Source of the DNA: Hormiphora californensis
Taxonomy: Eukaryota; Animalia; Ctenophora
Direction: 5' to 3'
Length of the DNA stretch: 64,000 nt
Assembly: GCA_020137815.1 (NCBI GenBank)
Contig: CM035350.1
Span: 7,998,001-8,062,000 of the forward strand
Both the position numbers and the translations under genes were made by a program. The notes beneath the pieces are model-generated. The model saw only the letters and a list, made by a program, of their open reading frames with translations. It had not been told where the DNA came from and did no database searches. Position 1 is the stretch's first letter; each line of letters begins with the position of its first letter. Of this stretch, positions 37,611-60,781 are shown piece after piece.

Positions 37611-40600
37611 ATGATCACGCGATCCAAAGCCAAGGCACGTCTCCCACCAGTAGCCCTTCGGCCGTCATCATCCCTACACAGACCGTTCCTCCCACAAGCT
37701 CACCTCAGATCGTTTGTCGTATCCCCTGACGACTCTCTATCTTCCGACAGCTCAGGATCGGCTTCAGACGGTGACCATGATTATGCTACTCCCAACACCA
37801 GCATCACAAGGGGAACACCCATTTCAAACTCAACGCCCATAAGCAGATTGATAAATGAGTCGAGGTGGTTTACAGAAGAGAAGTGTGGGCAATGCTATGA
37901 AACACTGCCGTCTTATGAGAATGCCAAATGTGAAGCATGTCATGAACCTTTTCACCAGACCTGTATGACACCGGTTAATCAATCTGAACAAATGGTTCAT
38001 ACACCTGTAGTGTGGTATTGTACTGCCTGTTTCAACCTAAACAGGTTAGTTTGGAAGACTACAGAGCCTTGTAAAGCTAACTGTTGGGGACCATTGAATG
38101 GGGAAGAGCTCATCGAGGCTTTCTCCAACATCTCTATGATCAGTCAGGGATGGTCAACCAACCTGTTCAAAGTTCCCTTCGGTCAAGTGGGCCGTTCTTT
38201 CATTGATGAACTTACCAGACTGGCAGGTCTCTTCAGTGATAGGGAAGACACCAGAGGATGGTCCTTATCTGCTTTGGTTATAGCCCCACTGCTGCTACTC
38301 CAGAAGCCGGCCAAGAAGTCGAAGAATCGGGAGCATGCTCAAGTTCTCAAACGACGCCTAAAACTGTGGCACGATGGAGACTTTGAGGCGTTGGTTCGGG
38401 AAGCCAAGGTTATCCAGAAACCATTGAAGCACAATGTCCCATCTTCGGAACTCTGCACTAAGAGGTTTGTGGACCTAACCAGAGAGGGGAGAGTTACAGA
38501 GGCAACTGCATGGTTGAACCCTGAGAGGCATACAACTGGAGTTAAGGACTGCAATGACGAGTCCGTATTGTCTGATTTGCTAGAGAAACACCCAAAGGGT
38601 CAGCCTGCCAACAGTACCCTGGCGAGACAGGGGCCGACAGATGCAGTATTGGAAGTCACCTTTGACGGTATGAATGGGCAAACGATTTTCTCATGCGGCA
38701 AAAGCCTCAAAGGTAGTGGAGGACCAAGTGGACTAGATGCAACAGGAATACACCGAATCCTTTGCTCCAGGAAATTCAAGAAATCACCCCCAGCACTGTG
38801 CACAGCGCTTGCAAAAGCAGCTCCGACCCTAGCCACAGAGCAGGTTGACTTGAAAGCTTTGGACATTTTCTGTGCAAGTCGCCTCATGCCCCTTGCCAAG
38901 CCTGGAGGTGGTACACATCCTATTGGAATAGGAGAGTGTTTCAGACGTGTTATGACCAAGGCCATTATTCGCACCATCAAGTCGGACATCAAGAGTGCGG
39001 CTGGAAAGGTTCAACTAGCTGCAGGTCAGTTAGGAGGTGTGGAGGCAGCGATCCATGCACTGAGTGAGAAGTTTGAATCTGAGGAATGTGAAGGTGTACT
39101 GTTATTGGACGCCCAGAACGCGTTTAACAACCTCAACCGGAAAATGGCCCTGAAGAACACTACCTTCTACTGTCCGGACCTCTCCACATTTCTGACCAAC
39201 ATCTACGGGAAGCCAAGGGCACTTTTTGTTGGTGAAAAGCTACTGTGGAGCTCTGAAGGAGCCACACAGGGAGATCCGGCTGCAATGGACTTCTACTCAA
39301 TTGGCATACTAAGACTGATCGAGCTGGCGGAGACGCCAGATACAACACAAGTGTGGTATGCAGACGATGCAAACAATGCAGGGAAGCTCACGGGCTTGTT
39401 AGAGTGGTTTGACAAGGTGACAACCTTTGGCCCCAGTTTCGGATATTTTGTAAACCCTGCAAAGTGCCATCTTATCGTGAAACCTGAATTGCTCGACCAT
39501 GCAAAGCGACTGTTTGGAGATACTGGGGTTCAAATCACTGTTGAAGGTGCTCGTCACCTAGGTGCTTCCATAGGATCTGAGACCTTCAAGCAAACATTTG
39601 TTTCTGCTGCAGTTTCCAAATGGTGCATTGAGCTGGAAAATCTTGTGGCTATTGCCAAAGCCCATCCTCATTTGGCGTACAGCAACTTTGTGAGAAGCTT
39701 CCGATTCAAGTGGGCCTTTCTCCAGCGAACAGTTCCAGACATCAGTGATCTGTTTGATCCGCTTGAACACACCATCCGTTCACAGTTGATTCCATGTCTG
39801 GTGGGCCGTCAAGTGTCCGACCTAGAACGGGAGATACTGGCACTCCCCTCTGGGAAAGGTGGAATGGGAATTGAGAACCCCGTCAAAACCTCTGACAGAT
39901 CATACAGCAACTCCCGAGCATTGACGAAGCCCCTTGTTGATTTGATACTATGCCGTAACGAAGAAGAAATAGAAATGGCTCTAGTGGAGAAGAATGCAAG
40001 AGAGGCAAGGAACAAGATAGCAAAGGAGAATGAGGACCACCACTCAGACACTCTCAAAGGGTTACTCACTAGAATCACATGCCCAAAGCTAGTGAGATGT
40101 CTAGAGCTCGCTGGAGAGGCCGGAGCATCTGTATGGCTCACGGCAACACCCTACCCTCACCTGGGCTTCGAACTGAATCAATTGGAATTCGTCGACTCAG
40201 TGGCACTGCGATACGGGTTTGAGGTCAAAGATTTGGGCGCGACATGCGTATGTGGAAAGCCAAACAATGCGGACCATACCTTGTCCTGTTCAACCGGGGG
40301 CTATTCCATCCTCCGTCACGACAACATCAGGGACCTTAATGGCGGAGATATGCTCGTATGCGGGCCTCAAAGGTGTGGAAACAGAGAAGCTACTTCTCCC
40401 TTGTCCGGACGGCATACACTTTCACCCTTCGGCAAACACAGCCCCTGATGCAAGGATGGATGTGGTCGCACTTGACATGTGGCGAAAAATGCAGCTGGCT
40501 CATATGGATGTGCGAATTTTCCATGCCAATTCGCCCTCCTATATCGACACGCCCCTCGACCAACTCTACCGAAGAAACGAGGCTAGCAAGAAGCAGTCGT

Positions 40601-40869
40601 ACGGAAAACGTGTACGAGAAGTTGAAGGGGGTGCCTTCTCTCCGCTGGTTATGAATACAGCAGGTGGAATAGCCAATGAGTTCCAAAAGGTGCTAAAGAC
40701 TCTCTCACACCGAATCTCCACAAGAACCGGAGAACCGTACAATGAAGTTATGGCGCACCTGAGGACGAGGCTACGATTCTCCCTCCTGAGATCATGCCTT
40801 ATTGCTTTAAGAGGAAATCGGAGGAAGATCGCTATCACTAGTCTAACAAATACTGAACTGGTGACCTGA
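37611..40869 (+). mobile_element. RLE-type non-LTR retrotransposon (CRE-clade-like): PHD finger + RT + CCHC + restriction-like endonuclease, one frameshift at ~40335
   Basis: C4HC3 PHD (CGQC..CEAC..FHQTC..WYCTAC); RT motifs PIGIGE, LLLDAQNAFN, GATQGDP, WYADD, RHLGA; CVCG..HTLSC..RHDNIRD; RLE RMDV..DVRIFH..EASKKQSY..FSPLVMNTAGG in the overlapping ORF 40219-40869. Confidence 0.92.
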
Positions 40870-41003
40870 GGAAGAGAGGAATGAGAAGAACTTGTGGATC
40901 CGAGGATGAATTGATCCGAGGATGAATTGATTTATTGTTTTATAGTATATATGTACTTTTTAAAAACTCAGGTTTGCTTTTTCACGACCACTGCCAGGCG
41001 CCA

Positions 41004-41307
41004 GTGTTACAATCTGGGTGTTTCGTAAGTGCTGACAAACGGTTTTCAGGGTTAGGGCTAAAGTAGGGTTAGGGTTTGGGTTGGGGTTAGGCCTTGACAT
41101 TTCTTACCATATAAAATTCTGTATGGCGGCGCCATACCCCAGTTGATTCTCGACAGTGCGCTCAGATGGGGTCGGCGGTGCCAGACAGATAAACTTTGAA
41201 TTAGCCAAAACGGTTGAGTGGTTTGGCGGTTAGAGCCATTTTAGTGAATCAAATTTTTTGAAGCGTGCACCTGTAAACATGCCACCCAAACACCCAGATT
41301 GTAACAC
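41004..41307. mobile_element. Small inverted-repeat element containing degenerate TTAGGG repeats
   Basis: 20-bp IR GTGTTACAATCTGGGTGTTT (41004-41023) / AAACACCCAGATTGTAACAC (41288-41307); AGGGTTAGGG-like tract at 41048-41091; no clear TSD. Confidence 0.6.
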
Positions 41308-41855
41308 CGCCCCATTTTCAGTTTTCACAAATGGGGAGTTTTAACTTTTGGACAGCTGAAACTAAATCTGTCAATAAAAGCTGCTTAAATTCAAAGTTTT
41401 TGTGTGAATCGGCCTCTCCATATGACTGCTGGGATTTAAGGTAGTTAAGCCCGGTCGTGCTGATCAGTAATCGTCTTTTGAACGGTTTTATGTAAACAAT
41501 GCGATGGGAAAATGTCTTAGAAATTTATTTTCAATATTCAATAAAACCACACAACTAAAAAGCTAGGGAAATATTGATTTTTTCGCACCCTCCGCCCTAC
41601 GGTCTCTATTAAATGACTATCCGCTTCTGAGTATTCACGTAGCTTGATTTAAGTTGCTTGAAACTTTTTCAGTCTTCAGACTCTCGTGTGTCTAATTTGA
41701 ATACAAATTATGATCGAATTTGGAAAATTCTCGAACGCTGTCGTTTTCTCAGTTTGTTTTCCAGTTCAAGGACTCTAACTCAGTCTGTTATGTAATCAGT
41801 TACCGAAAGTTATATGTGAGCCGGTGCCATTTTAACACAAACGTCCACAATCAGT

Positions 41856-42509
41856 ATGAGTAGTAGTGACGGGGAAACACCCTGTGATTACATGCTAAAA
41901 TTCCTGGTCTTGGGAGACACGGGAGTCGGGAAGACAAGCATTCTGACAAGATACGTCGAGGACAGGTTCAGCTCTGCCTTTGCCACCACTGTGGGTGTGG
42001 ACTTTTGCCAAAAGAAGGTGAACTGCGAGTATGGTGGTGGGGAGGTTAGTGTGCAACTCCAACTGTGGGACACTGCAGGTCAGGAGAGATTTAGAAGTCT
42101 GACCAGCAGTTTCTTTAGAGATGCCATGGGCTTCCTGCTTGTGTATGATCTGACTAACGAGGGTAGTTTCCATCACATTAACGATTGGTTGGTCCAGCTT
42201 CACTCTCACTCCTACATGGATCACCCGCCAGTGGTGCTGGTGGGAAACAAACTGGACCAGCCCCGGGTCGTCCAGGCTGAGTCGGCAGAACGGATAGCAC
42301 AGGATCTGGGGTACAGGTATATAGAGGTCAGTGCGATGGAGAATATTAATATTAACGAGGCTATTGGGGCTCTCATCCAGCTGGTCCTGGAGAACACGAC
42401 AGCCAACGCAGCCACTGATAAAGATAATTATCTCACCATAGCCCCGGACCAGTTTATTCAGCCTTCCGGGACCGGGGCTGCCGGTAATTCCCGGGGCTGC
42501 ACCTGCTAG
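41856..42509 (+). CDS. RAB27: Rab27-family small GTPase, intronless
   Basis: DYMLKFLVLGDTGVGKT, LQLWDTAGQERFRSLTSSFFRDAMGFLL.YDLTNE.SF, WLVQLHSHSY, GNKLD, EVSA and C-terminal CTC prenylation motif. FFRDAMGFLL is characteristic of Rab27. Confidence 0.9.
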   Translation: MSSSDGETPCDYMLKFLVLGDTGVGKTSILTRYVEDRFSSAFATTVGVDFCQKKVNCEYGGGEVSVQLQLWDTAGQERFRSLTSSFFRDAMGFLLVYDLTNEGSFHHINDWLVQLHSHSYMDHPPVVLVGNKLDQPRVVQAESAERIAQDLGYRYIEVSAMENININEAIGALIQLVLENTTANAATDKDNYLTIAPDQFIQPSGTGAAGNSRGCTC

Positions 42510-43045
42510 GTCACGTGAGATATCACGTGATATGTCACGTGGTATCATCTGTCACGTGGGGGGGGGGGCTGTGTTTTTCCTGCCCTAGAGGGGGGGGACC
42601 TCTCCAATTACGCCTGATGAGGTTCAGTGACAGTGCTTGATAGGGTGTGACTACCCCCACACACACCATTGTGTTGTCCCTATTTATGTGTAATTCGAGT
42701 TACAGTTGAACTGTGTCTTATTATCTATCTCTCTCTTCTTTTGAGTGTAATGTAATTTGTCCATGTATGGCGATGAAATAGATTTCACTTGAACACATTC
42801 AATTCTATTTAATAGACAGTTTTATTTTTGGGAAACACATTATATTTAAAATGAACGAGTTTAATCTGTACACAGTGCAATTTGTTTGTGTCTGTAGTTT
42901 GTGTTAATAATTTCATTAATTTTACTGTGCTTATTTCATCAGTTTTATTGTTTTCTTTACTTCCCTTTGTTATTGTGATCCTATCACATTACCATCTGAT
43001 TACTATCTCTCTGATTACTATCTCTCCCTTCCTCTCTAGACACCC

Positions 43046-48812
<5,767 letters not shown>

Positions 48813-49953
48813 TGATTATACCTCATCTGGTGGACCTTATATGTTCGTGTGTGTTGATTTGGAATAAAAAACTCTGGCTATTTTTGCCATTTTTAAATTT
48901 TATACGTTAATTGCCTCTGTTCCCGAACTTTTAACTCGCCCAGCTTCCCGCATAGATTTATTTGTATCATTATCCCATTATCGAGTTAATAATTTATCGC
49001 TGTATATCCGAAATATTTAATTGAAGAGAGATAAATTTGTATCGTAATGTGAAAAGGACGATAATTAGATAATTAAAAAAGAGATAGATATATGGAGAGA
49101 TTTGAAAATATCTGAGTCTGACGATAAGTATTTATAATCAATGAATTCACTCTGCATTTCCGTAAAAATATTGGTTTTATCTTTATCTTAGCTTATTGCT
49201 ACTATAACACGCCTCTACTAAAATGGTCAAATCCAAGAAGATAAGACTCCATCGATTTCGAGTTAATCTAATTATAGCTTTCCTCGACACGCGCTGAAAA
49301 TTCATATTTGCTCTACTAAACAACGCCGCGCAGCGCGTCGATACGTTATTTTATAATTCGTACAGCGCGCGCGATTAAAACTTTTAATGGTCGCGTTGGA
49401 TAATATCACGTGATAAATCGGGTTCATTTCTGGACCGCGGGAGCATTTGTTTTTACTCGACCATGAATCCATGATTGTAATTATTGTAAGTTTTAATACT
49501 TCTTTTAGTTCGACCTAGTCTGTCCACCAAACCGTTTTTTATTGATGGGCAGTCGTACTTTAATGGTGTTGGGGTCAAGCACGCCCTCGCGGCCTCGCGT
49601 CCCATAATAGTTTGCCATGTTCCCAAACTGTCGCAAGGGCCATAAAGTTTAAGTCAGGGGTGCAGTAATTCAATTTTCAGCCAAAGTCTGGAGCCTTGGA
49701 GGAGGGGTCAGGGGGCCGAGTAGGCCAAAAAGTCACCAGCCGATTACACAGGGCACACACAGACTGATGACAATTGATCATGATCAAACATGATCAAGAT
49801 CTTGGTCGAGACCTGTATGGCGCTGCAGGCCCATCTCAATTCTGAGTGCAATGCAATGTTGAATGTCGCCATTTGATAATCAAATTGGAGTCTGGCAATT
49901 AATTTATATCAAAGCGAAAACCACTGAAAGAAGTTGTAAGTACGGTCAATTAG

Positions 49954-50004
49954 TTGACATGTTTCTCGTCTGTCAGCTCTCACACCAGGCCTTCGGCATG
50001 GAAA
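49954..50004. mobile_element. 51-bp minimal TIR element, same family as 61584-61640 and 63228-63328
   Basis: TTGACATG...CATGGAAA; flanks TCAATTAG / TCAATTCG; shares GTCTGTCAGCTCTCACACC. Confidence 0.6.
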
Positions 50005-53000
50005 TCAATTCGATTCAATTAAATGCTCAATTAGGGCACTTTCGAAAGTTTTAGCAAGCGATTAGAGCTGAAGAATGCTTTCTTCAGCTCTAATCACTTG
50101 CCAAAAATAGCCACGTGATTCGGCCGAACCGAAAAACTTTGAACTTTTAGAAAAATATCTTTGTGCCTTGGCTGGCACTTTTATTCACATATTATACTTT
50201 GAGCTATGAGAACAAATGCGAACCGATAATATAGTTTGAGTTTATGTATACGTTTCTCTGGTAGGGGCATCATACAGACCCTCACCTACCTTGTTGAGTT
50301 CCCCCTTACTCAACAACACCTACCACGTACAAGAGGTGGCCTCTGGTAGCCTTCTTGATCTAGGTAGTGTTAACAATTCACCAGGCACGCCGTGATGACA
50401 CTCAATATAATGAAATTCAACAGTTTGATCCTGAGGAGTTTCTTGTTTATCAAGTTTCTTCACGTGTCCACCATTTGATTTTATGCCATGATCACTGATT
50501 ACCCCAAGATATATGTGAAGGTCCGCTTAAGATGATTTTTCTCCCTGGCCTCTCATACAGCTTAGAATTGTAGGCAGTTCAATACAATCACTCTATCTCC
50601 CCCTCCCCTTCTCTCCTCCCACGAGCACACTTCGCACTGAACACTTTATTTCAAAATATAACGGAGCAATTAATTATGTGCGATGAGTGAGGAGAGAGAA
50701 AGAGAACCATAAGAGATACTTGTTTTGATCTTCCACTCTGCTATCTCATTCAAAATTTCCTCCTCACGTCTTGCGTGACAAGGAAAAATGAGGGAAACTC
50801 TGCAACAGAGGCCGGGGTGGGTTGGTTATCCAGTCGCCGTGGGTTTGCAGTGATGTTTTCATGTGGAACTGCAGACGAGTATATAATAATGCTCTACTTA
50901 CTACTACTATATTATGTGGAGCAGTATTATTATGCTAGGGTCAACATGAAACAACATCACCGCTATAGTTTTATAATAGGCGTTGTGGTAATGTACGTGG
51001 TTATGTGGTTTTCACTGTATCTTGATGACAACTGCTGCACTCAGTGGTTGTGGTATATGCGCACCTTGAGCACCAAGGTCAATACACGTGACTAACATCA
51101 CGATACACCAAAAACACTATACAGTTCTGATCGGTCAATATGCGAGTGCAGCAGTGTAGTAGTGCTGCAGTACCCTCGTTTTTGACACGTGACAATGTTG
51201 CACCTTTCAGTGGGGGGGGGGGGGGGGGCTCCTCTTGGGGCTCTCTGGAACATTCCTTCTTTGCTGCAATATTAACTGGTCGTCTGACTAATTTGTTATA
51301 CCCCCAACGTAGTAGTTATAATGGCCCCCCTATATTTATAGTGAAATAGCAAATATGCTACATTTGTTGAGAGACTGTGGAACGAGTGATGATCTAACCC
51401 ACAAACATGAAGCAGCGATATTTTATATGTCCTATAGAATTGCTCTAAACATAGGTCGTCGAGAGCGAGAGATAGAATAGAGAAAGAGTCGATATAGCAG
51501 GAGAGAGAGACGACAGAGAGTCGAGATGAGAGAGATATCGTATGATCTCTCTCTCTCTCTCTCTCCTCTCTACTCTCTCTCTCCCTCTCTCTCTCCCTCT
51601 CTCCCTCTATTCTCTATTTCACTCCCCTCTCTCTCCCTTTCTTGTGCGATCAGGAAACGTCAGAAAGAAACAATATAAATTCTCCCAAACTTCATAGTTG
51701 TGTTTGTATGAGATTTGATCCCTTCCTCCAAATTTCTTAGAACTATTGTCTGTTGTTTGCCACGTGTTGACGATATATGTGTTATATAACCCCACATATA
51801 TCGTCACACTATAACACGTCATGCGGCTAAAAAGTTCGAGCTTTCATCAAAATGTTGTATGCATTTATTCGCCAGATTTCAGTATACTGCACTGTTGGTA
51901 TAAAGGAATGGAAACTGGGTCGTGGATCTAAGTTTAACGGGCTCCATGCCAGGTCTGAAAAAACGGACTCTAAGTCTAACGTTAGACTTTAGACATAGAG
52001 TCCGCATTTTGGAATTAGACAAAAATTTAGACATAGAGTCCCCCGAGTGTAGGACTTGGCGACATATAATAGAGTCCCCCGACCCCCATACTTAGGTGTT
52101 AGACATAGAGTCTCCGGACTCTAGATCTAAAACCTAATCCCAACCAAAACAACCTAACTTCGCGAACCCCAAACAACAACCTGTAAACCATTCTGGACGG
52201 TTTAGGGACCACAGAGAGCTTCTAGACCGGCATATGTTGAGCAAAAGGCGACTCTAGTAGTATGACAATTAGGGAGTAGACCAGGCGTCGTTCCCAAATT
52301 ACCCAATCCACTGTACCCATCCCAAGTACCAAACCTGCGGAACGCTCACTTGTATAGTCTGTGAAAACGTTGCAAAAAAAGGGCGGTCGACCCCCGTAAA
52401 TTTTGATGCATTTGTAATTCTCATTAAATGTCAACTCAAAGGCTTTTCGGTGAGATCCAAAAAGTTACCAAACCAAATCTTGGGGGAGTACGTAATTGGC
52501 CCTAATTGGCTTGATGGTTATAATCGCCAATTTGCTAACTCAGATCGAGCGTCGTAGAGCCTTCATGTCGCAATCCGACGGGATAGATGATTTTAATGTG
52601 CTATGAAGGTCTCCGAAGTCGCATCTTACGTTAGCCGCTAATTGGATTTAACTGATATTGTGACAATTGACCCCCTGATCTCAGCTCGGAACTCGTAGAG
52701 AGAGGGACTTTCCATTGGCGGAAAGAGGACGGGCAAGTTTATATCGTGCTATGAAGGCAAAACGTCGCTATCCCAGACGCAGCCGACCAGAACTTCCTCT
52801 ATGAGTTGATCTGCAGGTATATCTCTCTCTCTCTCACACAAGTAGATACTTCTTCATCTTCATCATGGGAGAGTGGGTATTCTTTTTCTGGGGTCTGTAT
52901 ATTCGATTTAGTTTGGGAGAGCTAGGGGGCATTCACAAAGGTCTACTCTATTAACATTTACTTAGTTTTAGTTTGTTATGTGTTCTCTTTAGCAGGGGGG

Positions 53001-53024
53001 GGGGCAACTCTATTTTCAAATCAA

Positions 53025-53125
53025 ATACGCCATTGGATGCAGTGGTTTCCCTCCCTGCACTGTGATTGGTGGAAAATGATCACATGGTGTCACGTGACCC
53101 TGTTTACTGAACTGTGATTGGTCAG
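53025..53125 (+). promoter_or_regulatory. Putative promoter of the zinc-finger gene (CCAAT boxes, E-box, forkhead site)
   Basis: Three ATTGG, palindromic GTCACGTGAC at ~53088 and TGTTTAC at 53101, about 600 bp upstream of the ATG. Confidence 0.4.
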
Positions 53126-53359
53126 TTGGACCCTGTCAGGGGGGCAAGGTGTAATAGGTCTTGTAACTGGTCACTGTTCATTCTGCCACACATATAACTC
53201 ATCATACTACAAACTAAATATTCCTCTCTATTTTTCTGGTTCTTTCTTCCTACCATTGTAACGGTGCATCCCCACGTTCATTTCTCTCTCTCTTCTCTCT
53301 GCCCTATCTCTACTCATCTCTCTCTCTCTATCACCACTCTCTCTCTCTCCTCTCTTCTA

Positions 53360-53439
<80 letters not shown>

Positions 53440-53706
53440 CCCTCTCTCGCTCACGTTAACACCACACCTGCCGCACTAAAACATATAAATCACAGTCACC
53501 TCTCTATAGCCCACTGTACCGAATAACATATGCCATACCGAATAACATATGCTGACAGCTAGATGGGGGCCATGTTTTAACAATCCCAACTAATAGGGCT
53601 ACCATATTGTTCGAGGGTCGATATTGAAGGCTCAGGTGTGGTGTCAATAGAAATATACAGAATTAGGTAGCACTAATCCATCTTCTTTTCAGTCAACTGG
53701 AGAACG

Positions 53707-57528
<3,822 letters not shown>

Positions 57529-58961
57529 TACCACGCAAGACCGGTGAGATAAATGTGGGATCATTTAGGTTTTTTACTCTCTCTTTATTTCATTCTTAAT
57601 TTCTCTCCCCATTTCTCCCTCTTTTCAGTTCTCTCTATTTTTTCTCGCACCGGTGAGAAATTTATCGGTCTAGTCTAATAGGTGGCCGGGCTGAACTAAA
57701 TTTGGTAACTAAAAGTTTTCAAATACCATTGTTTCAGATTTTTTGAATATGTGCTCACCCTCTCTATTATGTATTATGCGGGTTCTCAGCGCTATAAGGG
57801 TGTGAGGAAAAATGTCAAATTCATTGATCTGTAACCCCATTTTCTCTCTCTGCAGTCTCAGATATTATTTAGCAGTAGACCGAATACTGCCTTCTCCAGC
57901 GTCCTTCCCACGATGACCGGTCAAGGTAGCGCCGCCACTGCCGCTGAGACCAACAAATGATGGAATCATATCAAGGTCCAACAACGGACAGAAGTCTGAG
58001 AAAAATGGAGAAAACTGAGTTGATGAAGAAGAAGGACATATTATTGCATGTTAGATCATGTGTAGATGCAATACGAGAAGATAATACAATAAAACCCCGA
58101 AATATTGTCAAAAATAGCCCTAGTAATAGCCCTAGTCAAAAATAGCCCTAGACGGGTGCGAACAAGGTTGTAGTGGGTCGATAGCTACATCGACCACTCC
58201 CAATTAATAGCTTGCCTCACCAACTGTATATATAGTCTAGTAATATCGCGTACGGGGCTGTCTATCGCGTACGGGGCTAGTATTAATAGCAGATGATTCT
58301 AGTGGCGATTTTTTTGTGTTTATCAACAATAATTAATCAATGAAATAATAATATTCTAGGAATATCCTTCCCTGCAGCAGTAGACAGAGCACGCTGTCTT
58401 TTGGTACCAAACAAATCTTAAAGTTGGATTTTTGAAGTTGTCACCCCCTTCTCACGGAGGATTTGTTTTGCTTGTGTTAAAAATAAAATGATTATCGGCC
58501 GAAATTGTTTTAAAGAAAATTGGCGTTTTTACCGTTTTTTGCTCATTTTGGGGATCTTTGAATCCAAATAATGACTGTTGTAGAGACGCCCTCTCTCCCC
58601 ATAACTTGGTAATTATCTTCAACCAGTGGAAATTTCTGAAATCCACCATGTAATGAGCAAAGATGCAGCATACCCAATTTCCGGGTACATACCTGATTAT
58701 CGAATTATACCATTACCATTAACACGACGAGATAGGAACTTATTTTGGTTTACTCGGTCGGTAGACTCTACCCCCACTTAAGGCACGCACTTAGGGCTTT
58801 ATATTGACTATCGGATTATACAAACATTTGCTTGCCCTTAATGATTTCTAGGTTTTTTAGGAAACATTTCGGGGTTTTACTATTGGTTTGTGTGTCTGTG
58901 CGTGACACGGTTTTTTTGACACGGTTTGTAAACCGTGTGTGCGTGTGTGTGTGTGTGTGCG

Positions 58962-59558
<597 letters not shown>

Positions 59559-59870
59559 TGCATGTTCATATGTGAACCCATTATTGGGCACTTTTTAATG
59601 TTAATTAATGTGATACGTTTCGGGACCAGGGTAGATAATTTTTTATTTAAACATTTAAATGCGAGTTAAGAGTTATCTGGACATCATCAGATCCATCAGA
59701 GAATTTTGGCTTAAAATTGTTAGCTATCTATTCTATTTACGTTTCAAAATCATTGTCTCGATCTTTATACAATATACCCGTTTAACTGGACTAAGTAAGT
59801 AAGTCATAACTTTGAAATGACTAGCTGATTCAAAAGACAATACAATTCTCCACTCTCTGGCAAAAACATG

Positions 59871-60351
59871 GCAAATGTTCATTTGCCGCAGATGTCGTCT
59901 AGACGCCGTTCCAACGCCGTCTAGATGGGTTTTGCTCCAGACGGTGTCTAGACGGGTTTGAGACATGTGTCTGAAGCCTGTTTAGACGACACGTCTGAAA
60001 AGGTCTCTACCCATTTAGACGGAGTTGGACGGAACCAGACGGAATCAGGGTTTTGGCCCAGACGGGCTTGAGACGGAATTTCTATTAGCGACGTTGAACG
60101 TTCAGACGTGCTTGAGACGGTTTTGGTTACCGTCTGATTTCAGGCGTTCCCGCGTTCCGTCTAATTTCGGAAATTCCGTCTGGTTTCGTCCAACTCCGTC
60201 TGATTTCGTCCAACTCCGTCTAAATGGATAGAGACCGTTTCAGACGTACCGTCTAAAGTTTAGACTCTAAACGGCTTTCAGACAGAGCAAAACCCGCCAA
60301 GACGGCGTTGTAACGGCGTCTAGGCGACGTGTGCGGCAAATGAACATTTGC
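59871..60351. mobile_element. MITE with ~50-bp TIRs and internal AGACGG repeats
   Basis: GCAAATGTTCATTTGCCGCAGATGTCGTCTAGACGCCGTT is inverted at AACGGCGTCTAGGCGACGTGTGCGGCAAATGAACATTTGC; no clear TSD. Confidence 0.75.
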
Positions 60352-60781
60352 TCAAAAAAAATTGAAAATCCACCGCCGAAACTATCAACCGCGGGCGCCG
60401 GACACCAGTCTTATAATAAAAGGACCCCTATTATCGCGCGTTTTCTCTGCGCGCGCACGATAGAACCATGTGAAAGAAGGAGCGTGGGAAAGTTGTGAGA
60501 CTGAGAGAAACGTGCAGGCCCAAATTTACTGTGATCCTTGTTTTATTTAGGTCATGGACTTAGTAGAGGCATCACTTTCCTAATTTAAAACCTTATTAGG
60601 TCATTTCAGGAGACATTCAATGAGGTAGAGTGATGTCCATACGATAAACAAGAAATAAAAAACACAATTATATTTTGGTTTAACAAAACGTATGCCAACT
60701 GCAGGCAAAACAAATACCTGCAAATTCAACTACAATCAAAACTCCAAAACAGCATAAGTAAATTGAGTTCATTGAGTGTTT

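Noticed and set aside
40325-40345. Programmed ribosomal frameshift in the retroelement
   Set aside because: No slippery heptamer; RLE elements encode this region in one ORF, and other single-base indels in the window (4135, ~29248, ~24320) suggest errors or decay.
41895-42548. 217-aa antisense ORF the same length as RAB27
   Set aside because: Shadow frame of a real CDS; non-ATG start and no recognisable motifs.
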